A DNA stretch of 64,000 nt from Candidatus Obscuribacteraceae bacterium (GTDB lineage: Bacteria; Cyanobacteriota; Vampirovibrionia; Obscuribacterales; Obscuribacteraceae), in assembly GCA_044226015.1 (NCBI GenBank), contig JBGAHS010000002.1:819435-883434 (forward strand), in the 5' to 3' direction. Below the pieces are notes generated by a model. The model did no database searches, was not told the DNA's origin, and saw only the letters and a program-made list of their open reading frames with translations. Positions within the stretch are counted from its first letter, which is position 1; each line of letters begins with the position of its first letter. The position numbers were made by a program, and so were the translations under genes. This document shows positions 49,735 to 59,753 of the stretch, piece after piece.

Positions 49735-50574
49735 ATGCCCTATACCGCTGAAATAAGCAGAGCCAACCCGTCTTGCATCGTAATTCTTATAGACCAGTCT
49801 GGCTCGATGGAAGATCCATTCGGCCAGGGCGCCGGCAAGCGCAAGGCAGACGGTGTCGCCGACGCGGTCAACCGGCTGCTGCAAAACCTGGTAATTAAGT
49901 GTGCAAAGTCTGAAGGCATTAGAGACTACTACCATGTAGGAGTTCTGGGCTACGGTGACAGAGGCGTTGGTACGGTGTTTACCGGTATTCTTTCAGGAAA
50001 AGAACTGGTTCCTATCAGCGATATTGCAAACAACCCAGCCCGAGTCGAACAACGTACCAAAAAGGTAGATGACGGCGCCGGCGGTATTCTTGAACAGAAA
50101 ATCAAATTTCCGGTCTGGATCGACCCCTTATACAAGGGCGGAACCCCAATGTGCGAAGCCTTGCGCCAGGCGAAGCGCATTGTGAGTAATTGGCTTCACC
50201 AGCACAACGGCTGTTTTCCACCTATTGTTGTGAACATTACAGACGGCGAAGCGACCGACGGCGACGCTGAAGACCCGGCTGAACAGATAAGAAGAATGTC
50301 CAGCGAAGACGGAAATGTCCTCCTGTTCAATCTGCACATTTCCTCATCCAATCACGCTCCAATCGAATTCCCAGACTCGGAATCGTTGCTGCCAGACGAT
50401 TATGCAAAACTGCTTTTCAGAATGTCGAGCCAGCTGCCCGATTACATGTGGTCGCTGGTGCAGGAAGAAGGAATAATTATTTCCGACAACCCACGCGGCT
50501 TTGTGTTTAACGCTGACCTGGTATCAGTAATTCGCTTCCTCACAATCGGTACACGCCCCAGCAATCTCAGATGA
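49735..50574 (+). CDS. vWA domain protein (TerY/YegL-like)
   Basis: MPYTAEISRANP, MIDAS IDQSGSM, GGTPMCEAL, NITDGE. Confidence 0.85.
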   Translation: MPYTAEISRANPSCIVILIDQSGSMEDPFGQGAGKRKADGVADAVNRLLQNLVIKCAKSEGIRDYYHVGVLGYGDRGVGTVFTGILSGKELVPISDIANNPARVEQRTKKVDDGAGGILEQKIKFPVWIDPLYKGGTPMCEALRQAKRIVSNWLHQHNGCFPPIVVNITDGEATDGDAEDPAEQIRRMSSEDGNVLLFNLHISSSNHAPIEFPDSESLLPDDYAKLLFRMSSQLPDYMWSLVQEEGIIISDNPRGFVFNADLVSVIRFLTIGTRPSNLR

Positions 50575-50581
50575 GGAAACA

Positions 50582-51322
50582 ATGAGAGTAAGCTATCGGG
50601 TGTTCTGGCTTCAGAAAGCGGGCATCAGCGCTGATGAATACGAAGATGCATACGCTCCGGAATCAGCCCCAGACCAGGAATTAAATGAGTTTCGCTGTGC
50701 CGTCGCAGATGGTGCTACGGAAACATCATTTTCTGGACTCTGGGCAAAAATGCTTTGCGATGCTTATACAGAAAAAAAATTCGACCTTATTGAGCTGCAA
50801 GCGGAGTGGCTCAAATCAGTCTCCAGCAAAGAACTTCCCTGGTACGCCGAACAGAAACTGGAATCAGGTGCGTTCGCCACAATACTTGGTCTAGACATTC
50901 GTGAAGAAAACAAAGAATTACACTGGTCAGCACGCGCACTCGGCGACAGTTGTTTGTTTCACATAAGAGGAACAGAAATTCTGAAAGCACTGCCACTAGA
51001 GAAATGGCAAGATTTTGATTACACCCCTATGCTGATTTCTTCACAGCAGAAAGCCAACAAAGGCGTACTGGAAAAACAAGAGCATGAAGTCGGACAATGC
51101 AAGCAAGGTGACGTTTTTTATCTAATGACCGACGCAATTTCAAAATGGTTTTTACGAAGACAGACAGAGCAGCAAGATGCCGTGAGAACCCTCGAAGCCA
51201 TTCGGGACAACGAGCAGTTTCAGAAAATTGTTGATACTGAACGACAGGCTAAAGATGCGGAAGGGCGAGCTCTGATGCCAAATGACGATGTAACGTGGAC
51301 TCGCATTGCATTGCTTGCTTGA
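50582..51322 (+). CDS. PP2C-like protein phosphatase (YegK-like, TerY-P triad)
   Basis: EYEDA, AVADGATETSFS, ALGDSCLF, LMTDAI, NDDVT; 7 nt after the vWA gene. Confidence 0.85.
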   Translation: MRVSYRVFWLQKAGISADEYEDAYAPESAPDQELNEFRCAVADGATETSFSGLWAKMLCDAYTEKKFDLIELQAEWLKSVSSKELPWYAEQKLESGAFATILGLDIREENKELHWSARALGDSCLFHIRGTEILKALPLEKWQDFDYTPMLISSQQKANKGVLEKQEHEVGQCKQGDVFYLMTDAISKWFLRRQTEQQDAVRTLEAIRDNEQFQKIVDTERQAKDAEGRALMPNDDVTWTRIALLA

Positions 51323-51637
51323 ACTTTACCGATCATAGGTGCTCATTATTGTATTTGCATGACTTGTTCGAGACGAACTTGCAATGCCGAAATATTCAAA
51401 CTGCCGCACTTGCACAATCAATTTTCCCGGCTGAAAATTCGGGTTATTCCTATTGCTTTAGCATCCATCGCGATCTACCTTTTCACAAGACATTAAACCT
51501 TCTAATTTCGGCATTAGCGGGAATTTCAAGAGGTGCTGCGAGCGCTAAAATTACAGCTATTCATCTCACAGAAATTATCAAGCGATGCAGGTTTTTATTG
51601 CCGCATTGCGAGTGTTTTCCCTAAAATTGGTGCATCC

Positions 51638-54600
51638 ATGCAAAAGAAACAAGTTTACTCACTCATTGCAGTCTTAATGTGCTTATCAATGGTTATTGAG
51701 CCTGCATCTGTGGCTGCATCTCTTGAAAGAAATAATTCAAAGAAGAGCCTTGCCATGCGCAGATTTCTTCCACCACCAATAACTAACTCGAATGATAATA
51801 CAGTCGAGTTTGATCTATCAGAAGGTGCCGAAAAGATTGAGCACGAAGCCGGCAACAAAGTTGTAGTAGCTACATCCATTCCAGCTGCAAGATTGCAAAA
51901 TCTTTTGAAACGATTGCCACCACAAGAGGCTAATCAGAAGTCAGATGAATTCAATATTCCGCCGAACCCGACTGTTCCACCTAAGCCTGGAAAAATTGTA
52001 AACGTAGAGTTTCCGCCGAAAGAATCTCTAGCGCCACCACAGAAGGTGCGCAAAATCACTTCTCCATTGACGGTATTGCGAAAGAGTCCTGAGGGAAATA
52101 CAGCAAACATTGACCAGGTGAGTGTAACATTCTCTCAGCCAATGGTGCCAATCGCAGATGCCGAGTCTGAGGTTCTTGCCCAGCGACTACCTTTGAAAAT
52201 GAGCCCTCAGCCGAAAGGAAAATGGCGCTGGCAAGGCACGCAAACTTTAGTTTTTACGCCCGAAAATAAATTGCTTCCGAAGGCTACAACTTATAAACTC
52301 GTCATTGAAAAAGGGACGAAATCAGAACTTGGAAATGCTCTGGAAAACGGCGTAAGCTGGACCATCAACACACCAGCACCAACAATAAGATCATTTTTCC
52401 CTAACGACCGGAATTCAAATTATGTAGGACGAAAACTAAACCAAATAATGCTGATTAGCTTCGATCAAAAAATTGATCCGAAAGCAGTTCTTGCTTGCAT
52501 CAATGTCAGTGAAAATAAGGTTAGCAAACAAATAAGACTGGCTAGCGAAGAAGAAATAAATGCTGACGAAGAAATAAAGCTTCAATCAACTTCCCTGCCC
52601 GCAGGCACGTGGCTTGCAGTTCGCGCGACTGAAAAATTCCAGCCAGCACAAGCAATTCATATAACTGTAGGTCCAAATATTCCATCAACAGAGGGTCCTC
52701 TCACCCAAAAAGCAGCATGGAACTACGACTTTTCGACATATCACCCCCTGGGCATTAAGAATGCTTATGATGCTTACTCAAGCTCGGGAAGCTTGACGGT
52801 AACATTCAATAACAGACTCGATACCAAACTCTTTAAACCAGAGATGGTAAAAACAAGTCCTGATATCAAAGAAAAGCGCATTATGGTGAATGATACCAGC
52901 ATCTATATTTATGGCGCCCTGCAAGTCGAGCAAACCTATACAATTACAATAGACAAAGCAATCACTGATATTTACGGACAGACTCTGGGCAGCGACAAAT
53001 CTGTAAAGGCAAAGGTTCGACCGTCATCTCCACAGTTGGTTAACCCAGAGAAGAACATGGTTATCTTGCAACCAAGCAAGAAACCATCATTTTCATTTTT
53101 GAGTTCCAACCATGCACAAGTGAAAGTGAGCGCCTACGCTGCTAGCGGAGCCGCTGATTTCCGCAAATACTTGAGCTCGACGCAAAACTACGCAGAGTGG
53201 CACGAGAAACCGGAAGACTACCGCGAGTTTCAAGGATTCAAAACACTGAGCAGCAAAATCATCAAGATTGACAAATCGGCAGATCAATTCAATGAAACAG
53301 TTGTTGATTTAAGCCCCTACCTGAAAAATGGAATAGGTCATGTAATTCTCACAGCAGAGTCATGGCCCCGCAAAAAAGATCAAGTGCAGAGATTTGCTAT
53401 ATGGATTCAATGCAGTAAAATCGGATTAGATTATTTCACCGACAGTCGCAAGTTGGTCGCTATAGCAAGCAGTCTTGAGGATGGAAGCCCACTGAGCGAT
53501 GTTCAAATTAAAACAGAGGGGAAAACTCCCAACGAAGGAAAAACAGATAAGGATGGGATTTTCCAAACACCTTTTAACCGTACAGTTCCATCAATACTAA
53601 TTGCTCGCAAAAACGACGACGAAACGTTCTTGCCAAGCAACCCGGGCTACATAAGCGATGACTCAGAACCCTACAACACGGTAAATCATCAGGACTTATT
53701 GCGCTGGTACACAGTAACTGATCGCAACCTATATAAGCCGGGCGAGACACTAAAAGCAAAGGGTTGGATTCGCAGATTTGGCAATGGACCCAAAGGTGAT
53801 TTAAGTATTCAAGACGGACTGAACGGCAAAACAATCAGCTACCGAGTTACAGACGGGTTTGGCGTTGAGCTGGGCAAGGGCGAAACCAAAGCGGACGAGG
53901 CTGGCGGATTCACATTCAATTTCGACATTCCCAAAACTGCCAACCTTGGAAATGCATTTATAGAGATAAACAGTTCGGCCCCTTCGAGTGTCGAAAACAC
54001 ATCTACAAGTCTTTCCTTCCAGATTCAGGAATTCCGAAGACCAGAATTTGAGCTCAAAGTCAAAACATCACAAGGCAGTATGGTTCTTGGCGATAAGGCT
54101 GCTGTCACGGCGTCTGCAAACTATTTTGCTGGTGGCGCTCTGGCTGATGCTCCCTTGCACTGGGATGTACAGGCGAACGAAACGAATTATTCGCCCGCAG
54201 GTTGGGACGACTATGTGTTCGGCAAGCAGATGCGCATTTTCAGATTTTTTGACTACGGCATAGCCCCTGCAATCGGTGGAAGCTCACATGCTTACTTCGA
54301 TGGAAAAACTGACGGGACAGGCAAGCATACTCTCGATTTAAAAATCAAAACACTGAAACAGCCTTTTCCAGAATCCATCATTGTTGAGGGAACAGTGACC
54401 GATGTAAATCGGCAGACCTGGACCGACAAAGCAACAATGATTTTGCACCCCGCCGACAATTACATCGGCATTCATAACAATAAACAATTCTACAAAGCAG
54501 ATGAGCCCATCAAGCTAGACGCAATCGTCACCGACCTTGATGGCAAAGCCATCGGCGGGCGAAAGGTTCATATTGATGTTAGCCGCGAAGCTATGGTTAT

Positions 54601-57600
54601 GAAAGACAACCAGTGGAAAAGCGAAGACGAAGTGCTAGTCAGCAACGAGATAAACTCTTCCAGCAAACCAGAAACATGGGAATTCAACCTGAGCAAAGGC
54701 GGAAACATCAAAGTTTCAGCAGTGGTCATTGACGAGAAAGGCAGAAAAAACAAGACAGAACTCTCGTTCTGGCGTGAGGATAAGCAGCCCAAAACGCAAG
54801 ACAAAGTTGAGCAGGGCAAAATTCTTTTGCTTGCAGACCGCAAAACATACGCGCCGGGCGATACTGCCGAAATTATGATACAGGCGCCTTTTGCAAAAGC
54901 CAAAGGAGTTGTGAGTGTTAGACACAACGGCATTTTGGACTCATTCCCAATTGCACTCCAGGAAGCGAGTGGCTCCGTCAAAATTCCTATCACCGAAAAC
55001 TTCATGCCAAACGCACAAATTCAGGTTGACCTCGATGGTGCATCCTGTGCTTACGCATCAGGCAGCTTGGAGCTAAGCGTGCCGGCAGAAATCAGACAGA
55101 TCAAAATGGAAGTATCTCCTGCCGAGAAAGCGCTTGCACCCGGGGCAAGCACAAAACTCTCATTTAAGTTACACGATAACAAAGGCCAAGCCCTCAACAA
55201 CGCGCAAATCGCAGTAGCGGTTGTAGATGAGTCAGTTCTGGCACTTTCGAATTATGACTGGGCTGATCCCCTTTCCATTTTCTATGTCAATACGTCATCG
55301 GAAACAAGCGATTACCACAGTCGTGAATACGTCTTATTGAACAAGAAACCTGAGGCACCAAAAGAGGGTCCTGCTGCATCTCTCGCGCCGCCATCAGCGC
55401 CAGTTGCTGGCGGAGTCGACCGAGGCTTCGGCTCTGCTGGAGGAGGAGAAGTCATGCAACTTGCAGCACCAGCCTCCGCAGAAGAGAAAGGAAACTTCGC
55501 CGCGCCAAGAATGCAAATGGCTAGAGCAAAATCAGCCATGCTGGCTGACGCCCGTGATTTCAAGGACGGCGCCGACCCGCAACCCAAAATTGCTCTAAGA
55601 ACCAATTTCGATAGTCTTGCTTACTTCAACCCGAACCTACTTACAGATTCATCTGGAGAAGCCAGCGTCGAAGTAAAACTGCCAGACAATCTGACGCGTT
55701 ATCGAGTCATGGCAGTCGCAGTTTCAGGAGAAAAGCTTTGCGGTAAAGGTGCCACCACAATTACAGCCCGGCTGCCGTTGATGGTTCGCCCATCAGCTCC
55801 TCGCTTCTTAAATTTTGGCGACAAGTGCGAAATGCCAGTAGTCCTTCAAAATCAAACTGACCATGAGATGAGCGTAGACCTGGGGCTGAGGTCAAGCAAT
55901 CTCAAATTCGTTCCTGAAGCAGGTCCTGCAGGTGCAGCAAGTGGGCTTGACACGGCACACTTATCTGGAGGAACAGTAATCGTTCCGCCAAATGATAGAG
56001 TCGAAGTGAGATTCCCAATGGTCACCGAAGATGATGGCACTGCGAAAATTGACGTAGCTGCCAGCAGCGAGGCATACTCCGACGCTGCAAACGTAAACCT
56101 GCCAGTATATACCCCCGCCACTACTCACGCATTTGCAGCATATGGACAAATAGATGAGGGCGGCGCAGAACAAACATATGAATTGCCAAAAGATGTTTAT
56201 GATCAGATTGGCGGGCTCGAACTAAGCACGAGCAGCACCGCACTGCAATCGCTCACAGATGCATACATCTATTTGCACAATTATTCATTTGCTTGTTCAG
56301 AGCAATTGTCTTCTAGAATTCTTGCTACGGTGGCTTTGCAAAATGTTCTTGCGGCATTTAATAAAATGACGGCAACAGAAATCGCAGCTGTTAAATCCAG
56401 AACGCAAGAAGAGCTGAACGAGCTGGGCAAACGTCAAAACTATGATGGCAGCTTTGGTTTGTGGAAACAAAATGAATCGCATACATGGCCATTCTTAACA
56501 GTACAAGTCACGCGTGCTCTTTATGAGGCAAAACAAAAGAAATATGATGTCTCTGACGCGGTTTTAAGCCGAGCTCAATATTATTTAAAGGCAATCGATT
56601 CACACCTGCCGAGCAAGGAATATAACGTATTCACCAAGCGCTCGATTCAAGCTTACGCCTTGTTCGTAAGACATTTGATGAAAGATGAGCAACCGGAACT
56701 TGCACGAAATCTGGTCAAAACAGCACTTGCCTCATATGACAGCAAAGACTACACATTCCGCCGCAGCGGTGGTGAGCCGGTGAAAGGTATGAGCGACCAG
56801 GACAAATTACTTCAGGTTTTTTCGATGGAAACACTGGGCTGGCTCCTTCCAGTTTTGTCTGCCAAAAACAGTGACTCAAGCGAACTAAAACTAGTTCGTA
56901 CCGCCATCGCATCACACATCAGAGAAACTGCGTCATTAGCAGAAATCAAAGACGACGGTTATGGAGACTGCGATTACTTTGTCTTCTATTCATCACCGAG
57001 AATGAATGCCACCATTTTGGAAGCTCTCATTATGGATCAACCCAAGAATGATGTGATACCAAAATTAGCGGGCGCTCTACTGGCACACCGCAAAGCAGGA
57101 AAGTGGGAAAGCACCCAGGAAAACTGCACGGCGTTGTTGGCACTGAACAGATACTTCGAAACCTATGAGAAGCAGGTTCCAGATTTTGTGGTAAATGCCT
57201 GGCTTGGAGATAGATTCATCAGTTCCTCAAAATTCCAGGGCCGCAGCGTGGATACAAATGTAACCAGAATTCCGATGCGATATTTGCAGGAGCACAAACA
57301 AGATAAGGACATTCTCGTTTCGAAAACAGGTAAAGGAAGACTCTATTATCGACTCGCTCTGAACTATGCTCCACGAAATTTACGATTACCGACTTTCGAT
57401 AATGGCTTCGAAGTAAAACGAACTTATGAGGCGGTAGACAATACATCAGATGTAAGAAAAGATGCAGATGGCACATGGCATTTCAAAGCTGGTGCTACAG
57501 TCAAAGCCAAAATAACCTTGCAGGTTCCAGGGCAAAGATTCCACGTTGCACTTACAGACCCTTTCCCCGCAGGTATGGAACCTATCAATGCTGAACTGGC

Positions 57601-57895
57601 TGGCAATAAAACCATTCACCCAGAACTAAAAGGCGGCTCAGGTTCTGAAGACAGCGGCTCTGGCATCGCGCCGTATTGGCGCTGGTGGAACTGGCGCTGG
57701 TACGAGCACCAGAATCTTCGCGATTTCAGAGCAGAAGCCTTCACTTCAGCTCTCTGGGGAGGCAAATATGAATACAGCTACCTTATGCGTGCCACTACAC
57801 CTGGTGATTACCTTGCGCCTCCCTGCAAAGCCGAGGAGATGTACACACCTGAAACTTTTGGCAGAGCACAATCCGAGCACGTAATAATCGAATAG
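51638..57895 (+). CDS. Bacterial alpha-2-macroglobulin family protein
   Basis: Signal peptide, Ig-like FSQPMV domain, TDRNLYKPGE, QEFRRPEFE, VAVVDESVL, bait-like region, LRTNF, LPDNLTRYRV, PRFLNFGD, thioester-type CSEQ, EEMYTPETFGR. Confidence 0.92.
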   Translation: MQKKQVYSLIAVLMCLSMVIEPASVAASLERNNSKKSLAMRRFLPPPITNSNDNTVEFDLSEGAEKIEHEAGNKVVVATSIPAARLQNLLKRLPPQEANQKSDEFNIPPNPTVPPKPGKIVNVEFPPKESLAPPQKVRKITSPLTVLRKSPEGNTANIDQVSVTFSQPMVPIADAESEVLAQRLPLKMSPQPKGKWRWQGTQTLVFTPENKLLPKATTYKLVIEKGTKSELGNALENGVSWTINTPAPTIRSFFPNDRNSNYVGRKLNQIMLISFDQKIDPKAVLACINVSENKVSKQIRLASEEEINADEEIKLQSTSLPAGTWLAVRATEKFQPAQAIHITVGPNIPSTEGPLTQKAAWNYDFSTYHPLGIKNAYDAYSSSGSLTVTFNNRLDTKLFKPEMVKTSPDIKEKRIMVNDTSIYIYGALQVEQTYTITIDKAITDIYGQTLGSDKSVKAKVRPSSPQLVNPEKNMVILQPSKKPSFSFLSSNHAQVKVSAYAASGAADFRKYLSSTQNYAEWHEKPEDYREFQGFKTLSSKIIKIDKSADQFNETVVDLSPYLKNGIGHVILTAESWPRKKDQVQRFAIWIQCSKIGLDYFTDSRKLVAIASSLEDGSPLSDVQIKTEGKTPNEGKTDKDGIFQTPFNRTVPSILIARKNDDETFLPSNPGYISDDSEPYNTVNHQDLLRWYTVTDRNLYKPGETLKAKGWIRRFGNGPKGDLSIQDGLNGKTISYRVTDGFGVELGKGETKADEAGGFTFNFDIPKTANLGNAFIEINSSAPSSVENTSTSLSFQIQEFRRPEFELKVKTSQGSMVLGDKAAVTASANYFAGGALADAPLHWDVQANETNYSPAGWDDYVFGKQMRIFRFFDYGIAPAIGGSSHAYFDGKTDGTGKHTLDLKIKTLKQPFPESIIVEGTVTDVNRQTWTDKATMILHPADNYIGIHNNKQFYKADEPIKLDAIVTDLDGKAIGGRKVHIDVSREAMVMKDNQWKSEDEVLVSNEINSSSKPETWEFNLSKGGNIKVSAVVIDEKGRKNKTELSFWREDKQPKTQDKVEQGKILLLADRKTYAPGDTAEIMIQAPFAKAKGVVSVRHNGILDSFPIALQEASGSVKIPITENFMPNAQIQVDLDGASCAYASGSLELSVPAEIRQIKMEVSPAEKALAPGASTKLSFKLHDNKGQALNNAQIAVAVVDESVLALSNYDWADPLSIFYVNTSSETSDYHSREYVLLNKKPEAPKEGPAASLAPPSAPVAGGVDRGFGSAGGGEVMQLAAPASAEEKGNFAAPRMQMARAKSAMLADARDFKDGADPQPKIALRTNFDSLAYFNPNLLTDSSGEASVEVKLPDNLTRYRVMAVAVSGEKLCGKGATTITARLPLMVRPSAPRFLNFGDKCEMPVVLQNQTDHEMSVDLGLRSSNLKFVPEAGPAGAASGLDTAHLSGGTVIVPPNDRVEVRFPMVTEDDGTAKIDVAASSEAYSDAANVNLPVYTPATTHAFAAYGQIDEGGAEQTYELPKDVYDQIGGLELSTSSTALQSLTDAYIYLHNYSFACSEQLSSRILATVALQNVLAAFNKMTATEIAAVKSRTQEELNELGKRQNYDGSFGLWKQNESHTWPFLTVQVTRALYEAKQKKYDVSDAVLSRAQYYLKAIDSHLPSKEYNVFTKRSIQAYALFVRHLMKDEQPELARNLVKTALASYDSKDYTFRRSGGEPVKGMSDQDKLLQVFSMETLGWLLPVLSAKNSDSSELKLVRTAIASHIRETASLAEIKDDGYGDCDYFVFYSSPRMNATILEALIMDQPKNDVIPKLAGALLAHRKAGKWESTQENCTALLALNRYFETYEKQVPDFVVNAWLGDRFISSSKFQGRSVDTNVTRIPMRYLQEHKQDKDILVSKTGKGRLYYRLALNYAPRNLRLPTFDNGFEVKRTYEAVDNTSDVRKDADGTWHFKAGATVKAKITLQVPGQRFHVALTDPFPAGMEPINAELAGNKTIHPELKGGSGSEDSGSGIAPYWRWWNWRWYEHQNLRDFRAEAFTSALWGGKYEYSYLMRATTPGDYLAPPCKAEEMYTPETFGRAQSEHVIIE

Positions 57896-57911
57896 GCTCC
57901 AGGAGAAGAAA

Positions 57912-58889
57912 ATGCATCCGCCCTACTTAGGCAAATACATGAGCCTGCTTGGTGTCCCTATTCAGGGCATGGGTACCACCCACGAATTGAATCACCTGAA
58001 TAGTGTTACTAGCGATAAAAATCCTGCTCATAACACAATATCAGGGCTCGTTCTAGCTTCTGCTATAGCTTTGAGTTCCAGCCTGATTGTGAATTCTGTC
58101 TTCAGTGCCAGCCCAGCCGCTGAAATCTCTCACACAGAACAAAAGTCAAAACAAAACGGCGCCTCAAACACACTCAACGACAAGAATAGATCTGCAGCAA
58201 CGACGGATTCAACAACCGGCAACGAAACACATTCTGGAGAAAATCTCAAAGCGTTACCGATGAAACACTTCGGCACGGTTTCTGCCGCGCTCAGTGAATA
58301 TGGCAACACAGTGCGCTCTAAACTAAAACCAGCTTTCAATAAATTGAATGTTTCCTATCCGCCTCTTGAGCAAAAATGGGTCTGCTTGAAAGAAGAGAAA
58401 ATGCTCTTTATTTTTGCCTTAGACAGAAAAGGAAAAATGAAAAGAGTACTTTCCTATCCAATTATTGGTGCAAGCGGCGTAGCTGGTCCCAAATTAAAAG
58501 AGGGTGATAAGCAAGTCCCCGAGGGATTCTACAAATTTGATGGCTTTCGTCCGAATGTGATAGCTCACCTCGGACTTTCTGTAAATTATCCAAACGCCGA
58601 AGACAAAGCACACGCAAAAGCAGAAAAGCGCAGCAATTTAGGAAAAGACATTCTCATTCATGGAAGCAGATGGTCAACCGGTTGCCTCGCTATGGGCAAC
58701 GAGCCCATAGAAGAAATGTTCGTGCTCACTCATGATAGTGGACTAGACGCAGTGAAGCTTGTTTTCGCGCCCTGCGATTTAACAAGAAAGGAAGCGCAGG
58801 TCGACTATAAACTCCAGCCAGAATGGCTAAGCCCGCTGTACAAACGTCTAAAAGATGAACTCATGCCACTGAGCAATCAGTTGAATTGA
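57912..58889 (+). CDS. YkuD-family L,D-transpeptidase-fold protein (YafK/DpaA-like)
   Basis: GPKLKEGDKQVPEGFY, LSVNYPNAED, LGKDILIHGSRWSTGCLAM (His/Cys catalytic motif); start uncertain. Confidence 0.85.
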   Translation: MHPPYLGKYMSLLGVPIQGMGTTHELNHLNSVTSDKNPAHNTISGLVLASAIALSSSLIVNSVFSASPAAEISHTEQKSKQNGASNTLNDKNRSAATTDSTTGNETHSGENLKALPMKHFGTVSAALSEYGNTVRSKLKPAFNKLNVSYPPLEQKWVCLKEEKMLFIFALDRKGKMKRVLSYPIIGASGVAGPKLKEGDKQVPEGFYKFDGFRPNVIAHLGLSVNYPNAEDKAHAKAEKRSNLGKDILIHGSRWSTGCLAMGNEPIEEMFVLTHDSGLDAVKLVFAPCDLTRKEAQVDYKLQPEWLSPLYKRLKDELMPLSNQLN

Positions 58890-59054
58890 TGCTGATAGTT
58901 CCAACCTTTCTGAACTGCTCAATTCCACAGGCGCCTTCCAAAAGCATTTCGGTGCAAGATTTTCAAGCAACTCAGCCGGAATACGAAGATTGAAAGTAAC
59001 GTAATTCCACGATTTTCATTCCGATTCGCGTCAATAAAATCTATCGATGTTAGG

Positions 59055-59594
59055 TTGGTTGGAATTGGAAAAAGAGTGAACAATGAATTTCTCAAGGAAT
59101 GCAAAGCAGCATTTCCAGACTTACAAAACGGCGAACAAACTATCTCACTCACCTCATTGCTAGATGGAAGCAGCAAGAACGGCGAGAAAACAAATCTAGT
59201 CGAACTAGATACAAATCGAGAAGCGATGCTCCAAAAATATGGATTCGCTTCCTCAGGCTCAATGTTGATTGACAAAGCTCAACTTGGAGCAAAATGCACA
59301 CAGGAATACAAAGCAGAACTAGAAGACCAGTTCGTAAAAAGAACACTAGATGATGCTGAAGCGAAGATGGCTGAGGCAATCCTAAACGGCAAGAAGAGTT
59401 TCACTCTGCTCGACCTCGGTCAAGGCAAACAAAGCTTTGACACGGTTTATTCTGCTCCCAAACTCTCCGATAGCCAACAAAAAATCCTCGACGGCATCAA
59501 CGCAAAACAAGCGCTGAAAGCTGAAGTTAAAGCTGTAGAGCCACAGAGAAAAAACTACGTAATCGAGGTTTCCTTGCGAGATAAATCCAAATAG
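59055..59594 (+). CDS. Hypothetical protein
   Basis: ~179-aa ORF with typical composition; start uncertain. Confidence 0.5.
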   Translation: MVGIGKRVNNEFLKECKAAFPDLQNGEQTISLTSLLDGSSKNGEKTNLVELDTNREAMLQKYGFASSGSMLIDKAQLGAKCTQEYKAELEDQFVKRTLDDAEAKMAEAILNGKKSFTLLDLGQGKQSFDTVYSAPKLSDSQQKILDGINAKQALKAEVKAVEPQRKNYVIEVSLRDKSK

Positions 59595-59660
59595 CACGAA
59601 TGCATATTTTGAATTAATTCATTCAAGCAAAATCAATTGGTGCAACCGATCCTGAATCGA

Positions 59661-59699
59661 CAAAATGAACAGGGGGCTGTGATTAATCACAACCCCCTG
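59661..59699 (-). terminator. Rho-independent terminator of dnaK
   Basis: Minus strand: CAGGGGGTTGTGA-TTAA-TCACAGCCCCCTG followed by TTCATTTTG. Confidence 0.7.
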
Positions 59700-59753
59700 C
59701 GCTCCCTTTTAATAACCGGAAGCCACAAATCAGCGTGGCTACCGTTTCTCAAA

